NCBI GenBank assembly: GCA_043228905.1
Contig: JBHGNT010000020.1
Coordinates: 5,642,001 to 5,706,000, forward strand
Length of the DNA: 64,000 nt
Reading direction: 5' to 3'
From: Azolla caroliniana
Lineage: Eukaryota > Plantae > Polypodiophyta
Shown here: positions 1 through 13,700 of the stretch, one piece after another
Position numbering within the stretch: the first letter of the stretch is position 1
How the letters are laid out: every line of letters starts with the position of its first letter
Position numbers and translations under genes: made by a program
Notes under the pieces: model-generated
Told to the model about the DNA's origin: nothing
What the model saw: the letters and a program-made list of their open reading frames with translations, nothing else
Databases searched by the model: none

Positions 1-554
<554 letters not shown>

Positions 555-605
555 GGTTTAAGATGTTGGTGATAATCGATGATAGCGAGATGGTTGATGT
601 GGACT

Positions 606-1510
606 TGAGGAAGCTGATTTTCTGTTTTTTGATCAGGATGAGTAATGATGGTGTGGGAGTTGAAGCAGATTATCATAAGTGAGGAACGTTTTGTAAACTC
701 ATTTGTTGTGTTGTCCGTACAAGATTTTGTTGGTAATCGGCAAGATGGTGAGATGGTCGGCGATATAGTTGATGTGGACTGAACAAAGCGGGTTTTATAT
801 TTTTCATTAGGATGATTGATGATGGCGGCGGGGATTGAAGCATATTTCCATGAGGAGAGGATGAGTGATGATGGTGTGGGGGCTGAAACATATCATGAGG
901 AGATGAGGAAATAGTCTAGACTCATTTTGTTGTTGTTTTTATACGACCTTGGTGGTAATCGACGAGATGGTTGATGCGGAATGAATGAAGCAGATTTTTG
1001 TTTTGATATAAGGATGAGTGAAGATGGTGTGGGGGTCAAACCATATTTTCTTAAGGAGTCATCGTTTGAGGCAGCTGATTTTCTATTTTTTGATCAGGAT
1101 GAGTAATGATGGTGTGGGAATTGAAACATATTATCATGAGTAGGTGAGGAATTGTTTTAACTCATTTGTACAGGATTTTGCTGGTAATCGCCGTGATGGC
1201 GAGATGGTCGGTGAGATGGTTGATGTGGACTAAACGAAGCAAGTTTTATATTTCTCATTAGGATGATTGATTATGGCGGCGGGGATTGAAGCATATTTCC
1301 ATGAGGAGAGGATGAGTGATGATAGTGTGGGGGCTGAAACATATCATGAGGAGATGAGGAAATAGTCTAGACTCATTTTGTTGTTGCATTTTACAAGACC
1401 TTGGTGGTAATCGACGAGATGGTTGATGCGGAATGAATGAAGTAGATTTTTGTTTTGAGATAAGGATGAGTGAAGATGGTTTGGGGATCGAAGCATATTT
1501 TCTTGAGGAG
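606..1510. repeat. ~460-bp tandem duplication built from shorter diverged subunits
   Basis: ttgagg(a/c)agctgattttct(g/a)ttttttgatcaggatgagtaatgatggtgtggga starts at ~606 and ~1066; motif ggatgagt(a/g)atgatggtgtggg recurs within each unit. Confidence 0.9.
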
Positions 1511-1570
1511 ATGACGACACGATATTCTTTTGTTGTTATAGGTAGCTAAGTTTGGTGTGAATCGTCGACA

Positions 1571-3010
1571 TGGCGGCACCGTGTTTATTGAAAGTGTAGA
1601 AGCTATGAACAATCTGTTTCAAGTTGTAGTACAAGATTATAATTTCTCTCTTCGAGGAAATAATAGCTTGTTGTACACACATGTTGAAGAAAGCTACCGC
1701 AACCATAGGTAAATCATATTCAATAGACCACCAGAAAATTAATGAACATGGGTATGTGACTGTTTCATCGGAACTACTAAAATAGATTGCAAAACAACCA
1801 GAAACCCAAGATCTTGAGACTTCAAGTCTGCCGGACCATTTAGATGTTACCAATACAGATTCTATTGGGAAAACTAGGTCCCTTTGGATGGGATGAGCCA
1901 AATCGAAGAACAAGCTCGACCGAGGTTGAAAGGCTGAGGCCGAAAATCGATTTTCGAAATCGAAATCGAGAATCGATTATACCACCAATTCAGAAGACTA
2001 TATTTGTAAATAGTCCAAATGTGCCCTTTGTGGGCTATACTTGTAAATAGCTAGAAAGTTGTTTTAGTATATAAACAACTAGGGCAAAAACTTTAGAAGT
2101 GTAGTTGATCATTGTCATATAGTTAAAGTTACAATGAGTAGTTGTCTCTGTAACTGTGAGAGTGAGAGTGAGAGACATTGAGTGTGAGTTGTAACTCAAC
2201 CGTCGTCTATTAGACGAGACGAGCTTGAGGTTGTTTCCTACGAGTGTCGTATTTCACTCTCTACATAGTGATCTATTTCTTGGGGTTTGTGGACCCCATG
2301 GTTTTCCCCTTTACGAGTTTTCCATGTAAAATATCTTGTGTCTTTGTACCCTCTTATTCATGTCTGTCTATGTACTCTATTCACAATCGATTGTGGCCGG
2401 TTCCGATCGTAACATATTCATCTAATCAAAGTCTTCAAGAACATTCAGTTGTTCTCACCACCAAGAAATTCATAAATTCTAAGGGAAGTCTTGAAGTTGT
2501 CGCATCAACGTTAACTACTCTAAAAGACACCCATTTCGGTGACATAGTCTTGAAGCAATAGGATCAGAACTAAAGGTAGAAACTAATGGAAAATATCCTC
2601 ATTCCAATGCCATAGTTGCAAAAGAATGTGATAAACAAGGTGTTGTGGATATTGAAGAGAAGCTCAATTTGGCAAAATTGCTCAAGAGTTCAGAACCACC
2701 AATTCTTTCAATTGATATACATCTTTCGACACCAACCATTGGAATTCATCAGCAAAGTTTCAAGCAGATTGCAGGGATTTCTAGAGGTGGTATTTTGGTG
2801 AACATTGGAAGCAAGGCTGAGGTGTGTTGTGGAGAAGCCTACTAATCAAAATGAGAGACAGAATTCTTATTAATATATGTCGCATAGACTCCATTGATAA
2901 AGGTCATTGGTGGTAATTCCTTGATTGATATGGATGTCAAATGTGGCTGGATTGCTGAAGCTACATGACTGTTCAAGAGTTTTCTAGTTAAATATGTTGC
3001 AATATGCATT
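1571..3010 (+). pseudogene. Degraded gene remnant ending in a PLS-type PPR motif, split by a solo LTR
   Basis: 2912-3010 translates GNSLIDMDVKCGWIAEAT*LFKSFLVKYVAI (cf. PPR GNALIDMYAKCG..AEA..VF). Removing LTR 1863-2414 plus one TSD rejoins the frame ...DVTNTDS-SNQSLQEH...; several stops. Confidence 0.45.
1863..2414 (+). mobile_element. Solo copia LTR (same family as LTR 57761-58301)
   Basis: TATTGGGA...TAACA termini; flanks GATTC/TATTC (4/5 TSD); collinear with the reverse complement of 57761-58301. Confidence 0.85.
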
Positions 3011-3049
3011 GTCATAGCGGATTGTTTTGTATATTGACTTTGGCCACTT

Positions 3050-4945
3050 TAAGTTTAATACCAATAGAGGTTTTTTATTTGAAAAAAAATAATCGTCTTG
3101 CACATTTACAATTTGTTCACGATGCCAAGATAATGACTGCTAGCATATCAGTTGCATATTCTTCGTTTTCTACAACCTTCCAATTTATGCAGGAACATCA
3201 ATGGTTTGGATGCTTCATAAATGACACATTGTTGGCTGTCGAGGGTGGTTCATCTAATGGGTGCGCTTCTTATTTTGAGGTTCTGGACGACAACATATTA
3301 CAACCTTATACCTTTGATTGAAGTTATCTATAACATTTGTGAAGTGCACCAATCAAAGTGGTTGCTAAAATTGGAAAGAAATGGATGCTTGATCCTTATC
3401 CTTCCATTGCTCACATGTGTGATATGTTGTGGTTGTACGCAAAAGCCCTTGTTGCAAGATTAATATGGGATCTGGGGGCTTGGTTTTGGTCATAATCCTT
3501 GGGGGAATAGACCATAAAGGTTCCCTTCTTTCAATACTCAGTAAAACTCGGAAGGTCATTACTGCTCTTTCAGAATGTAATGGTACCAACATCTTAGAAA
3601 CATTGGACTAATTGGGGTGTCTCAACTTTGCATTTGAAAACCTACTGGAGATGGATTTGGTCATTTAAGGGGCCAAATAAATTTATTCTCTTTAGATGGC
3701 TATTAGTACATATGGCATTACTACTTGGTTATTCATTGAAAGTGAATATAGCGCCCAATCTTAGGCAATGTGGCTTTTGCCATGAAGCTTACAAGACTAC
3801 CAAGCATGTCCTTTGGTCTTGTCCCTTGGATCAATAAGTATGGAATAAAGTCCTTTCTTTATTCCTAACAATCAATTTCAGATGCTTATTTTCATGGGGA
3901 TCATCGATGTGGGGAGTGTTACATTCCAGCTTGATGTTGTATGAGGCAAACGATGTTCACGAGGCAATGATGGTACATAATAGAATATTGATATTAGTTA
4001 GTCCAGATTTGGAAAACAATGACTATGGTAATGTTATGGGCATTATGGAAATGTCGATGTAACCGACTTTATGATGTGGCAGATCTTCGTCTCTCAAATG
4101 TACTGCTCGAGATATGGGAGAATTTGTTGGCAGTAGTACACGACCAATATGACAATATGCATGGTTCCCTAGAGACCGTGAATAAGAGAAGGAAGAAGCT
4201 TCTGTTGTAAATGGGTCCAGCAACAACCGGTTCACAAGTACTAATGAGAGAAGACAATAGCCAAAGCAACAAAAAAAACAGACAAGGCAAAGACAACGAG
4301 ACAAGATATTATCATGGAAATTCCGAAAAGGGGAAAACCACGGGAGGCCACAAACTCCAAATAGAATCACTCTATGAATAGAGTACAAGCAACTCTAAGG
4401 CAACGAGCTTGAACTCGACTTCGTCTTACAAAAGGTTACAACACACACACTTAATCAACTCTGTACATACATAAAATTACCCACAGAGAATCTCACTTCT
4501 TCCATGATCACTTTTTTCCCTAGCTATATTTATACCCATATACATATATAACTATTTACAAATATAGCCCACAATAGGCACATTAAGGCTATTTACAAAT
4601 ATAGCCTCGAGTCTGCTTCGATCGATTCGGTTATTAGCCGAGTCAGTTATAGGCCTCGGTTGAGTTTGCTATTGATTGATTCGACTTATCTCTCCCTAAT
4701 CGTGCTTAGTTGGCTCCTGACGATCCAACTCCTTACACAATATACGAATTCTGATTCGGACTAGCTAGCTATCATCCAACTCTTCCGTCGATCGACTTCA
4801 GGCTGATCTAGCTGGCTCTCCAACCCATTCGGAGGGAGTGGATTCTCAACAACTTTCTTCACTTATGGAAAAAGTTGCCCCTCTTTATAGTGACAACTCA
4901 AGGACCTCATTGGCACTATTGTCTTCCATGGACCCATTCTTGAAT
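3050..4945 (+). mobile_element. Degenerate non-LTR (LINE) ORF2 3' part, interrupted by solo LTR 4203-4851
   Basis: zf-RVT-like WRWIWSFKGPNKFILFRWLLVH...CGFCHEAYKTTKHVLWSCP (3628-3837) and LWALWKCRCNRLYD (4019-4210); continues LHLWKKLPLF after the LTR. 5' limit approximate. Confidence 0.7.
4203..4851 (-). mobile_element. Solo copia LTR
   Basis: TGTTG...CAACA termini; gggaaaaccacggg, ggctatttacaaatatagcc motifs; flanks GCTTC/ACTTT (TSD differing by two transitions). Confidence 0.8.
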
Positions 4946-5029
4946 ATCAATACATCATGGCAATGTACATCAACAAATTCCAACACCTTCTAGCTGCTGC
5001 CTAGAAGAATAAGGCGAGGCCGATGTCTT

Positions 5030-5700
5030 CTTCTACTCTCTACATACATATACTCTACTCTCCCCTCCATCCATCCATCCATACTTATTTTTCCTCACTC
5101 ACTCACTCACTCACTCACTCACTCCTTCTCTCTCTCGCTAATCCAAATATTTCTTTCTACGTTTGCTTTTGGTTCTCGTTATCGTTATGATAGGAGCTAT
5201 CCATCCATCCCTTTTGATGAACGAGAGAACTAACTGATCTCTCTCTCATGTTCCTTTCCCCCACTTTTGATTTTGAGTTTTTTGAAGTTTTATTATTGTT
5301 TTATCTTTCCTTCATTCATTGTATCCATTTTCTGCTTTCAAATCTTCGTTTTCTTTCCCCCCCCCCCCCCCTCCTCCCCCCTCCCCCCGCCTTTCCTTTT
5401 CTTCTGTCTGTCGAAGTCAAGGAAGGAACCCCCCTTTCTTTCTGCTCTTTATCATTCCTATATCAATACTGTCTTCTACTACATACATACATACATACAT
5501 ACATACATACATAAAGAAACATATACACATACATTCAGTCAAGGAATGTAGTGCTAGTAGCATGGTCTTACTACAATTTTCAAAGAAAAATTATGAAGGA
5601 AAGACGACTGCTAGCAATGGTTTGTGAACACATGTTCTTATTGAGATGTCAACGTTGCTAGTTCGTATACACACACACACACACACACACACATTTTGGT
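5030..5700 (+). promoter_or_regulatory. Probable promoter/5' UTR/first intron region of the DUF547 gene with SSRs and a poly-C tract
   Basis: Pyrimidine-rich; (TCAC)n ~5094-5123, C-tract 5357-5388, (TACA)n ~5480-5512, (AC)n ~5669-5692; directly upstream of the coding exons. Confidence 0.45.
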
Positions 5701-5855
5701 GTTCCGGATGTATTCTTCATGGTAATATGTCGTCTAGGATGAGGCAAGGAACATATACATGTCTCTAGCGAAATTTGTAGTGTAGTTTTCAGAAGTCTCT
5801 CTTTCATCTGTATGGTGATACTTGCTTCCATTTCTCAAAAGACAGAACCTTGTAG

Positions 5856-8800
5856 CAGGAATTGTCGATAGAATCTCATGCCCCCATTAGAAATAATTCA
5901 TCAATGCAAGAAGGGTGGCAGAGTCGTGGATCTTCTCAAGTTGCAAAGAAACACACAGTCGAGAACAAGGTATTTATATAATTGCATTCTTTTTATTTAT
6001 TTGCTCTATAGGAAATATAGATTTAAAGAACAAGGTATGCATAATATGAATTGCTTCTTTGTTATTTATTTGGTTAATAAGAACTATAGAGTTAAGAGCG
6101 TGTGTACATAATTATAACCTAGCTTTGGTCAATAAGAATTTCGTGTTGACTTATCTTTTCAACATGCCGAGAAGCATGCTGTCAAGAAGAATGTATGCAT
6201 TCAATCTGTGATCTTGTTTTGGTCAATAAGAATGGAATGTACTGATCAAGTGTATGCATGGACAAATAAGATTGGCATGTTGGCTTATCTTCCATTTGCT
6301 GGATTGTAAAGGGCAATGCTTTGACAGCATCTGAAAGAGCATGGCAACGATGTGCTCGGCAAGAGTACCGCCTCTCCTTGGAGAAAGATGTAAAAACTTT
6401 CCCTGAAAATTTATTTATTTTGCAACTTCCCTTATGATCTCCTCTCTGCATGATTTAAGAGATCTGAATTTGGGTGGTTGGGTTATATTTTAGATTTCAA
6501 ATTTACAAAAGAAGCTAAGACAAGAAAGTGATACACATAAGGCTCTGGAAAGAGCTTTCCAGAGAACTCTTGGTGTCTTGCCATGGTTTTCACCTCACCT
6601 TGCACCAAAGGTTACTCAGTCGTCTTCAAACATGGGCAAAGTTTTCTTTTTATATCTGTAGATGTGATGATTGTATGGGAGAAAATCTCAAGTGCTGCAG
6701 TTGGTTTGTTGTGTCATAAAATAATTTATAGGTTCAAGAATTGGTGGCAGAAGTTGCTGTTTTAGAAGAGGAGGTTTTAAACCTTGAAGAATGTATTGTA
6801 GAGTTGAGGCAAGGATTGTATAATGAGGCAGTATATCTTTCTATCCACAAACAACAACAAGAACCCGATGTGAAATCATCTGATCTGACTGTAGCAAAAG
6901 AAGGGAAAAACCTCTCAAAGAAAAATGGCAAAAAGAAGGCAAAGAGGAATCCATTTATTGTAAAGCTTCTCTCTCCAATCATTGAAAATAAGTGTGAGGA
7001 GGAGTGTTCAGGTATTGCGGAATTGAGACTGTTTGGAGATGAATCACAAATAGTAAATGAAGTGATTGATCAAAAGCATCATGGCCATGTTTTTGAAAAA
7101 AATTGGAATAATGGGCTGGGATTGGTTGGAAGAGTTGCCTCATCAAGGGTTATCTATGCATATGTTAGGGACCGAGAGCCTTGCTTAGAAAAAGAGAATC
7201 AGCAAAAAAATGTGGTGGATTTTAACAATAAGAAACCCTTCAAGACATGGCTGCAAAACGCTGGTGCAATGGTAAATAACCATCCTTTCACGCTTGTTCA
7301 TAAGAATTGCTTCATACCTAGGTTATGGATTCAGTGTTTTTATAAAGGACATTTATACCAGCTATTTCTAATAAGAATAATTTAAAACTGTGTAGTGATT
7401 TTGATACAAGAATCATGGTTTATCTTGTTCGTTTTAATATAGAGATCCTCTTCCTAGGCTGCAATTATTTGGGAATAATAAAAATGATAGTAACAAAATT
7501 TTGATTCTTATGCAATTTTAAGAATCAACTTCCTTTTTTTTCCAGGCTGAAAATGCAAAGAACATCTCTACAATGTCCACAAATAGGGAGGGTTCTGAGA
7601 CGAACCTACTTTCTGAAGAGATGGTTTGGTGTCTCTCTCGCATCATTGTGAGATTAAGTAAACAAGGTCTCTTTTCTGACTGTGAGACATCATCCATGAT
7701 CTCAGACTTGACAGTATCAAGTGTCTGGAGTTTTACTTCTCGGAATAATATTAGCTGCAACCCTTCTCAGGGTATACTTGAGGAAATTGAGGTTGTGAAC
7801 CCTTACAAGTTCAATGCTAAATCCATGCCTAAAGATATTGGTCCTTACAAATACTATCGAGAGGTTACATCAGATTCTCTTGATTATGGAAGAATTCCGA
7901 AATCGACCATCCTTCTGAAGAAACTCATGTACAAATAGTGATTAAAATTCCATTGTGGGCCAAAATATTATTGGATCATTTCATCAGAAATCTTTATTTT
8001 GCTTATGTTTTTATTTCTCACCTTTGGATCTAGGACCTTGGTCGAGAAATTGCATATGGTGGATCTTCGAGGTCTCACTCATCATCAAAAGCTATCCTTT
8101 TGGATAAACATTTATAATTCTTGTATGATGCATGTATGTGGTGAATAAAATAAATAACTATTTTGATGTTTTAAAGATTTCCATAATTTGTTTTGCCTGA
8201 TTTTGTTTTAGTTATAATTGAACTTAATGTAGGCATTCTTGGAGGATGGGATTCCAGATAGCCCTCATAAATTTGTTGCCTTGATGGGAAAGGTTAGACT
8301 CTGAATATACATTTTTCAATAATAAACTTTAGGGAAATTTACTGAAATACCCTAAGATTTCGTGATCAGTACCATATTATCTTTAGTGTTAACGAAACAT
8401 TGCGGAAATGTCCTGCTAAACAATATTTTAAAAAGAGATATGAGAGAGAAATAATAGAGACTCCAAGAACTATAGAGAGAGGAAAAGGGAAATTGATGGG
8501 GGAACCATACTTCTTCAATTTTTAAAAAAAAAATTGTGGGAGTTTAGAAAAGAGTAGGGTGTATTGGCAAAGAAATTCCCTTATGAGTATTATTATATGA
8601 TTGGATTACTGTAACAAGCATTGTTTTCTTCACTTTTTTTGAACTGGTTTATCGAATCATTGTTATAAATATTTTATAGGGTGCTAAGGTTATGTAGGTT
8701 AGCATGAATGGACTATGTGTTTTTGGATTTTTCTTTTGTTTATACCTTTATTTATTTGGTAAATTTACAAAAATAAATAAACTATAAGCTAACTTGTTGT

Positions 8801-9666
8801 AACAGGCAGCTATCAATGTTGGAGGTCATCATCTAAGTGCTTTAGCCATTGAACACTTCATTCTACGGCTACCATGTGACCTTGTAAATGTGAGTGTGTG
8901 AAAAGAACACTTTTACTGACTAAAGACATGATTAACATTGAGAGGGATCAATTTTGAATGGTTTCTTAAGTGTGATTGGTTTGTTTTTCTTTATGCTGGT
9001 GTAATAAAACATTCAGGCTGAATGTCAAGGTCGAGGGTTTGAAATGGAGGGTTTGATGTTTGGTACATACAGATTAGAGTGGCCAGAACCTTCAGTGATT
9101 TTTGCTCTCTCTTGTGGGAGTTGGTCTTCACCAACTGTAAATTGAAAGATTTTATTTTATGCTTTGATATCTTATATATATCATATATCCATGTTTGTTT
9201 GTTTGTTTGTGAGTAATATACATCCTGAAAACGCTGAACTAAATTATACCCAAGAATGCTCAATGTTTCTGTATGTGTATAATATTATCATGTAAACTAT
9301 GAGTACGTTTTTTTCCACCGAAGAAGAATTAGAGTGGTTCAACAATAATAGGTGCGGATATATACGCCTGGGGACATCGACAATGAACTGGAGATTGCAA
9401 AGGCTGAGTATTTGCATGCGATTGTTGTGGCCACCAATACAAAGATCATAATACCAAAGATTCTCGATTGGTATATATGGGATTTTGTGAAAGATGCTGA
9501 ATCTTTACTCGATTGGGTCTCTGAGCAATTGCCAAACAATCTTCATGAATCAATGCAAACATGCCTTGCAAGCAACAAGAGGCAATGGAAGTCACTGTCA
9601 GAAGTTGTGGAAGTCGTGCCTTATGACTTCAGTTTCAGATATCTTTTTGCAATGCATCGAGTGTAG
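5856..9666 (+). CDS. Ternary complex factor MIP1 leucine-zipper + DUF547 domain protein (~636 aa from the listed exons; true start uncertain)
   Basis: GT-AG exons in consistent phase: 5856-5969 (in-frame ATG 5904), 6312-6389 (RQEYRLSLEKD), 6494-6610 (LQKKLRQESDTHKALERAF), 6732-7271 (ELVAEVAVLEEEV...GLYNEAVYLS), 7546-7928 (NLLSEEMVWCL...DIGPYK), 8034-8133 (QKLSFWINIYNSCMMH), 8233-8292 (AFLEDGIP), 8806-8889 (NVGGH.LSALAIEHFILR), 9017-9136 (PEPSVIFALSCGSWSSP), 9352-9666 (VRIYT...PKILDWY...VPYDFSFRYL). First exon and the 7271 donor are less certain. Confidence 0.9.
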
Positions 9667-10078
9667 CATATACTTTACTCTACTTTGGCTTGACATATAA
9701 TCCATACATTTTAAAAAAGTGGGTCATTTATATAGTTCTTATTACAAAGCAGGTATTTGAAAGCCTTTTAGACGACCAATACTAAGATCAAAACCAATGT
9801 TTAAAACATGTCATGTGCCATACGAACACCTAGGTGATATATGATTCCCAAAATGAAGGTGATTCATATTATCTTATCCATAGTTTGTACAAAGGTAGGT
9901 ACATCAAGATATTTCTCCCATATATCCATAGTTTGTACATATTATCTTATCCATAGTTTATGCAAAGGTAGGTACATCAAGATATTTCTCCCATATATGA
10001 AATTCTTCCATCTTCATTCATATCACATAAGGATGTCTATGGGCGACATCATATCCATCCTTTTCTTTACCATATAAG

Positions 10079-10400
10079 TGTTAGGATCTCGGTCCCTCCG
10101 GATGCGATGATGAAGGCTCGGTGAGAATCGGATGATGAAGACCTAGTGAGAACTGGATGAGGAGTACTCGGCAAGGAAGACTTGGCGAGAACCGGATGAA
10201 GCAGGCCCGGTGAGAACCCTTCACTGGATGAAGGGACAGATGCAAATATGTTTTAGTTAGCCTATTGTGGCTATATTTGTAAATAGCTCGAAAGTCATAT
10301 TAGTATAATATGACCTAGGGCAAACAAACAACGCGTATCATTGTGTTGTCATTATTTTGTATAAAGTTATTGGTGTAACTGCTGTACAGAGCGTAGTAGA

Positions 10401-10443
<43 letters not shown>

Positions 10444-10716
10444 AGAGTGAGTCTCTGTTGTAACCGCCACCAAGCGAAGATTGTGAGCACGAGGTCGTTG
10501 CCTCTGTGTTCCCCTGTTGTATTCTCCTTGCATAGTGAGAGTTAGAGTTTGTGGATTCCCATGGTTTTTCTCGTTTAGGGTTTTCCACGTTAACATCCTG
10601 TGCATTTTCTTATGTTTGTGTACTTACTTCCATTTCTCATTTTTTCTTGTGTTTGATTATCATTAAGTGATCTAAGTCTTGGTTGTGGTCGAAGATTATT
10701 CTGCATATTCTCTACA
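10079..10716 (+). mobile_element. Solo LTR of copia element A with perfect TSD ATAAG
   Basis: ATAAG (10074-10078) TGTTAGG...CTACA ATAAG (10717-10721); matches LTR 14505-15168. Confidence 0.92.
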
Positions 10717-10793
10717 ATAAGTTCTTATGTCAACACGATATTGGCAAATGTGTTAGGTAAAGTGTATTTCTAGTGCTTTTATGTGGCTTGGTA

Positions 10794-13700
10794 TGACAAC
10801 CGGATGATGCAGATCCGGTGAGAACCGGATGAGGAGTACCCGACAAGGAAGACCCGATGAGAACCGGATGACGTAGGCCCAGTGAGAACCCTTCACCGGA
10901 TGAAGGGACATAGATGCAAATATGTTTCAATTAGCCCATTGTGGCTATATTTGTAAATAGCCCGAAAGTCATATTAGTATAAATATGACCTAGGGCAAAC
11001 AAACAACGTGTATCATTGTGTTGTCATTATTTTGTATAGAGTTATTGGTGTAACTGTTGTACAGAGCGTAGCAGAGGGAAAGAGAGAGAGAGAGAGACTC
11101 AAAGTGAGTTTATGTTGTAACCGCCGCCAAGCGAAGATTGTGAGCACGAGGTCGTTGCCTTTGTGTTCCCCTGTTGTATTCTCCTTGCATAGTGAGAGTT
11201 GGAGTTTGTGGACTCTTGTGGTTTTTCCCGTTTAGGGTTTTCCACGTTAACATCTTGTGCATTCTCTTATGTTTGTGTACTTACTTCCATTTCTCATTTT
11301 TTCTTGTGTTTGATTATCATTAAGTGATCTAAGTCTCGGTTATGGCCGAAGATTAATCCGCATATTCTCAACAATCTGGTATCAGAGCCAAACAACACAG
11401 AAAAAAAAATGGAAGATTCGTTGGGAGGGATGTTCAAGCTCACCGACTCCAACTACTCAGTGTGGAAATTGAAGATGAGGGACATGCTCATGGTTAAAGA
11501 TATTTGGTTACTGGTTCAATTCGGGGACAAGAGACCGGACAAGATCGATGGCACGATATGGGAGGTGATGCACATGAAGACAACGACGTACATACGGTGC
11601 TTCATAGACATGAGCCTTTACAACAACTTTAATGAGGAGAGTAAGGCTCATGAACTGTGGGAGAAGATCGACATTATGTTCCAGAACAAGAATGCCGTTA
11701 ATCAGGTTTCGGTATTCTGGAAGCTAGTTCGGCTTCAATACCAAGATGGCTCTAGTATGGCGGAGCACATGAATGCCTTCCAGGGGCTAATTCACCAGGC
11801 AACCTCGTTGGAAGTACCTCTCGCTGATGAGATACTTGGTCTACTCCTGCTCGGTTCCCTCCCAGATAGCTGGGAGACGTTAATTGTCACTTTGGGCAAC
11901 GCCGGGCCGGAAGGAAAACAGTTATCCCTAGCAAGAGTCAAGTCGAGCTTGCTAGATGAGGAGGCGCGTCGGAAAGACAAGGATATGAGCTCCGACTCCA
12001 AAGCGCTCCTTACCGAATTGGAACATGGAAGACAAAGGAACCGGAGTCCCCAGAACCGGGAAAAGTCGGGGACACGGTCAAAGTCAAGGGGAAGGCCCAC
12101 TTGCTTCTACTGTGGCAAGCTGGGGCACTTCCAAAAGAATTGTCGACATTTCAGGAAAGACAAGGAAACCGACAGTATCGATTTGAAGCGGTCACCGGAC
12201 CGAAACGGTAAAGACTGGAGGGGGCCGGACCAAAAGGGAACGACGACAATCGCGGCAAGTATAGAGGAGTTGATGCTCATCGCCGAGGAGAGTGAGTTGA
12301 ACCTTGCCGACGACGAGACAACATGGGTTTTGGATTAAGGAGTGTTGTTCCCCCTGACCCCAGACCGGAAATGCTTCTCATCCTACACAATCGGTGAGCA
12401 CGGATGTGTCCGGATGGGGAATGAAGGTACATGCCAAATTGTTGGCATAGGTGACGTGTGGTTGACAACACCAACTGGATGCAAGCTACTGCTGAAGGAT
12501 GTCTGACACGTTCCGGAGGTTTGACTGAACCTAATATCAGCCGGTCGGCTAAACGATGAAGGCTACACGGGTAGCATCCGGAACGGAGTTATGAAGTTCT
12601 GCAAAGGGAGCCTAATAGTGGCCCGAGCCCGGAAGGTCAACACATTATACCTGATGCATGCCCGAATATGCCGGTTTGATGAGATTTGGACGTACCCGGC
12701 TAAGAGCCGGTTGACACTCGAAGAGCCGGCCGGTTACGGTGAGGATACTGAAGGCAGAAGAAGAAGAGGAAGTCAAAACCGGAATTGGCCAAGACCTTGA
12801 ATTGGATTCAGATGAAGAACAAACAGACAAGCCGGTTGCCGAAAGCCAAAGACAGAGATATCCTCTCAGAGAGAGAAGGGCCCCTCGAAGATTTCCAGAT
12901 CCAGAGCATGTGTTGCTAACCGATGGGGGGGAGCTGGAAAGCTTCGAAGAAGCGAAGGATGACACCCATAGCCGCAAGTGGTTGAGTGCCATGCAGGACG
13001 AGATGGATTCCCTGCACGAGAACCACATGTATGAACTGGTGGAGTTGCCGAAAGGAAAGCGGGCACTCCGGAATAAGTGGGTGTACAAGTTGAAACCGGG
13101 AGATGCTGGCAACCCCCCAAGACACAAAGCTAGGATTGTGGTGAAGGGGTTCCAGCAGAAGAAGGGCGTGGACTTTGACGAGATATTTGCCCCGATAGTA
13201 AAGATGACCTCCATCCGGACGGTGTTGAGCATAGCGGCAAGCATGGACCTCGAGGTAGAGCAATTAGACGTGAAGATGACATTCCTCCATGGTGACCTCG
13301 AAGAGGAGATCTACATGTAGCAACCGGAGGGATTTGTGAAGAAAGGGAAGGAGCACCTAGTTTGCCAATTGAAGAAGAGCCTCTATGGTTTGAAACAGGC
13401 TCCCCGGCAATGGTACCGGAAGTTCGACTCCTTCATGACGGATCAAGGATACCACAAGACGCAGGCCGAGCACTGCGTGTTCGTGAAGAAGTTTGAAGGT
13501 GGAGACTTCCTGATACTCCTCCTGTACGTGGATGACGTGTTGATCGTCGAACGAGACCCAGTCAAGATACAGACGCTGAAGAAGGCTCTGAACCGGACCT
13601 TCTCAATGAAAGACTTGGGTCCGGCAAGACAGATACTGGGGATGCATATCATCTGGGACCGGTCAAAGAAGCAACTGTGGTTATCATAGGAGAAGTATGT

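Noticed and set aside
7443-7489. Extra micro-exon in the DUF547 gene
   Set aside because: Phase does not fit the 7546 acceptor and the following intron would be only ~56 nt.
9720-10073. Possible degraded gypsy integrase on the minus strand (continuing 15174-15400)
   Set aside because: Only faint motif resemblance; cannot be supported without a search.
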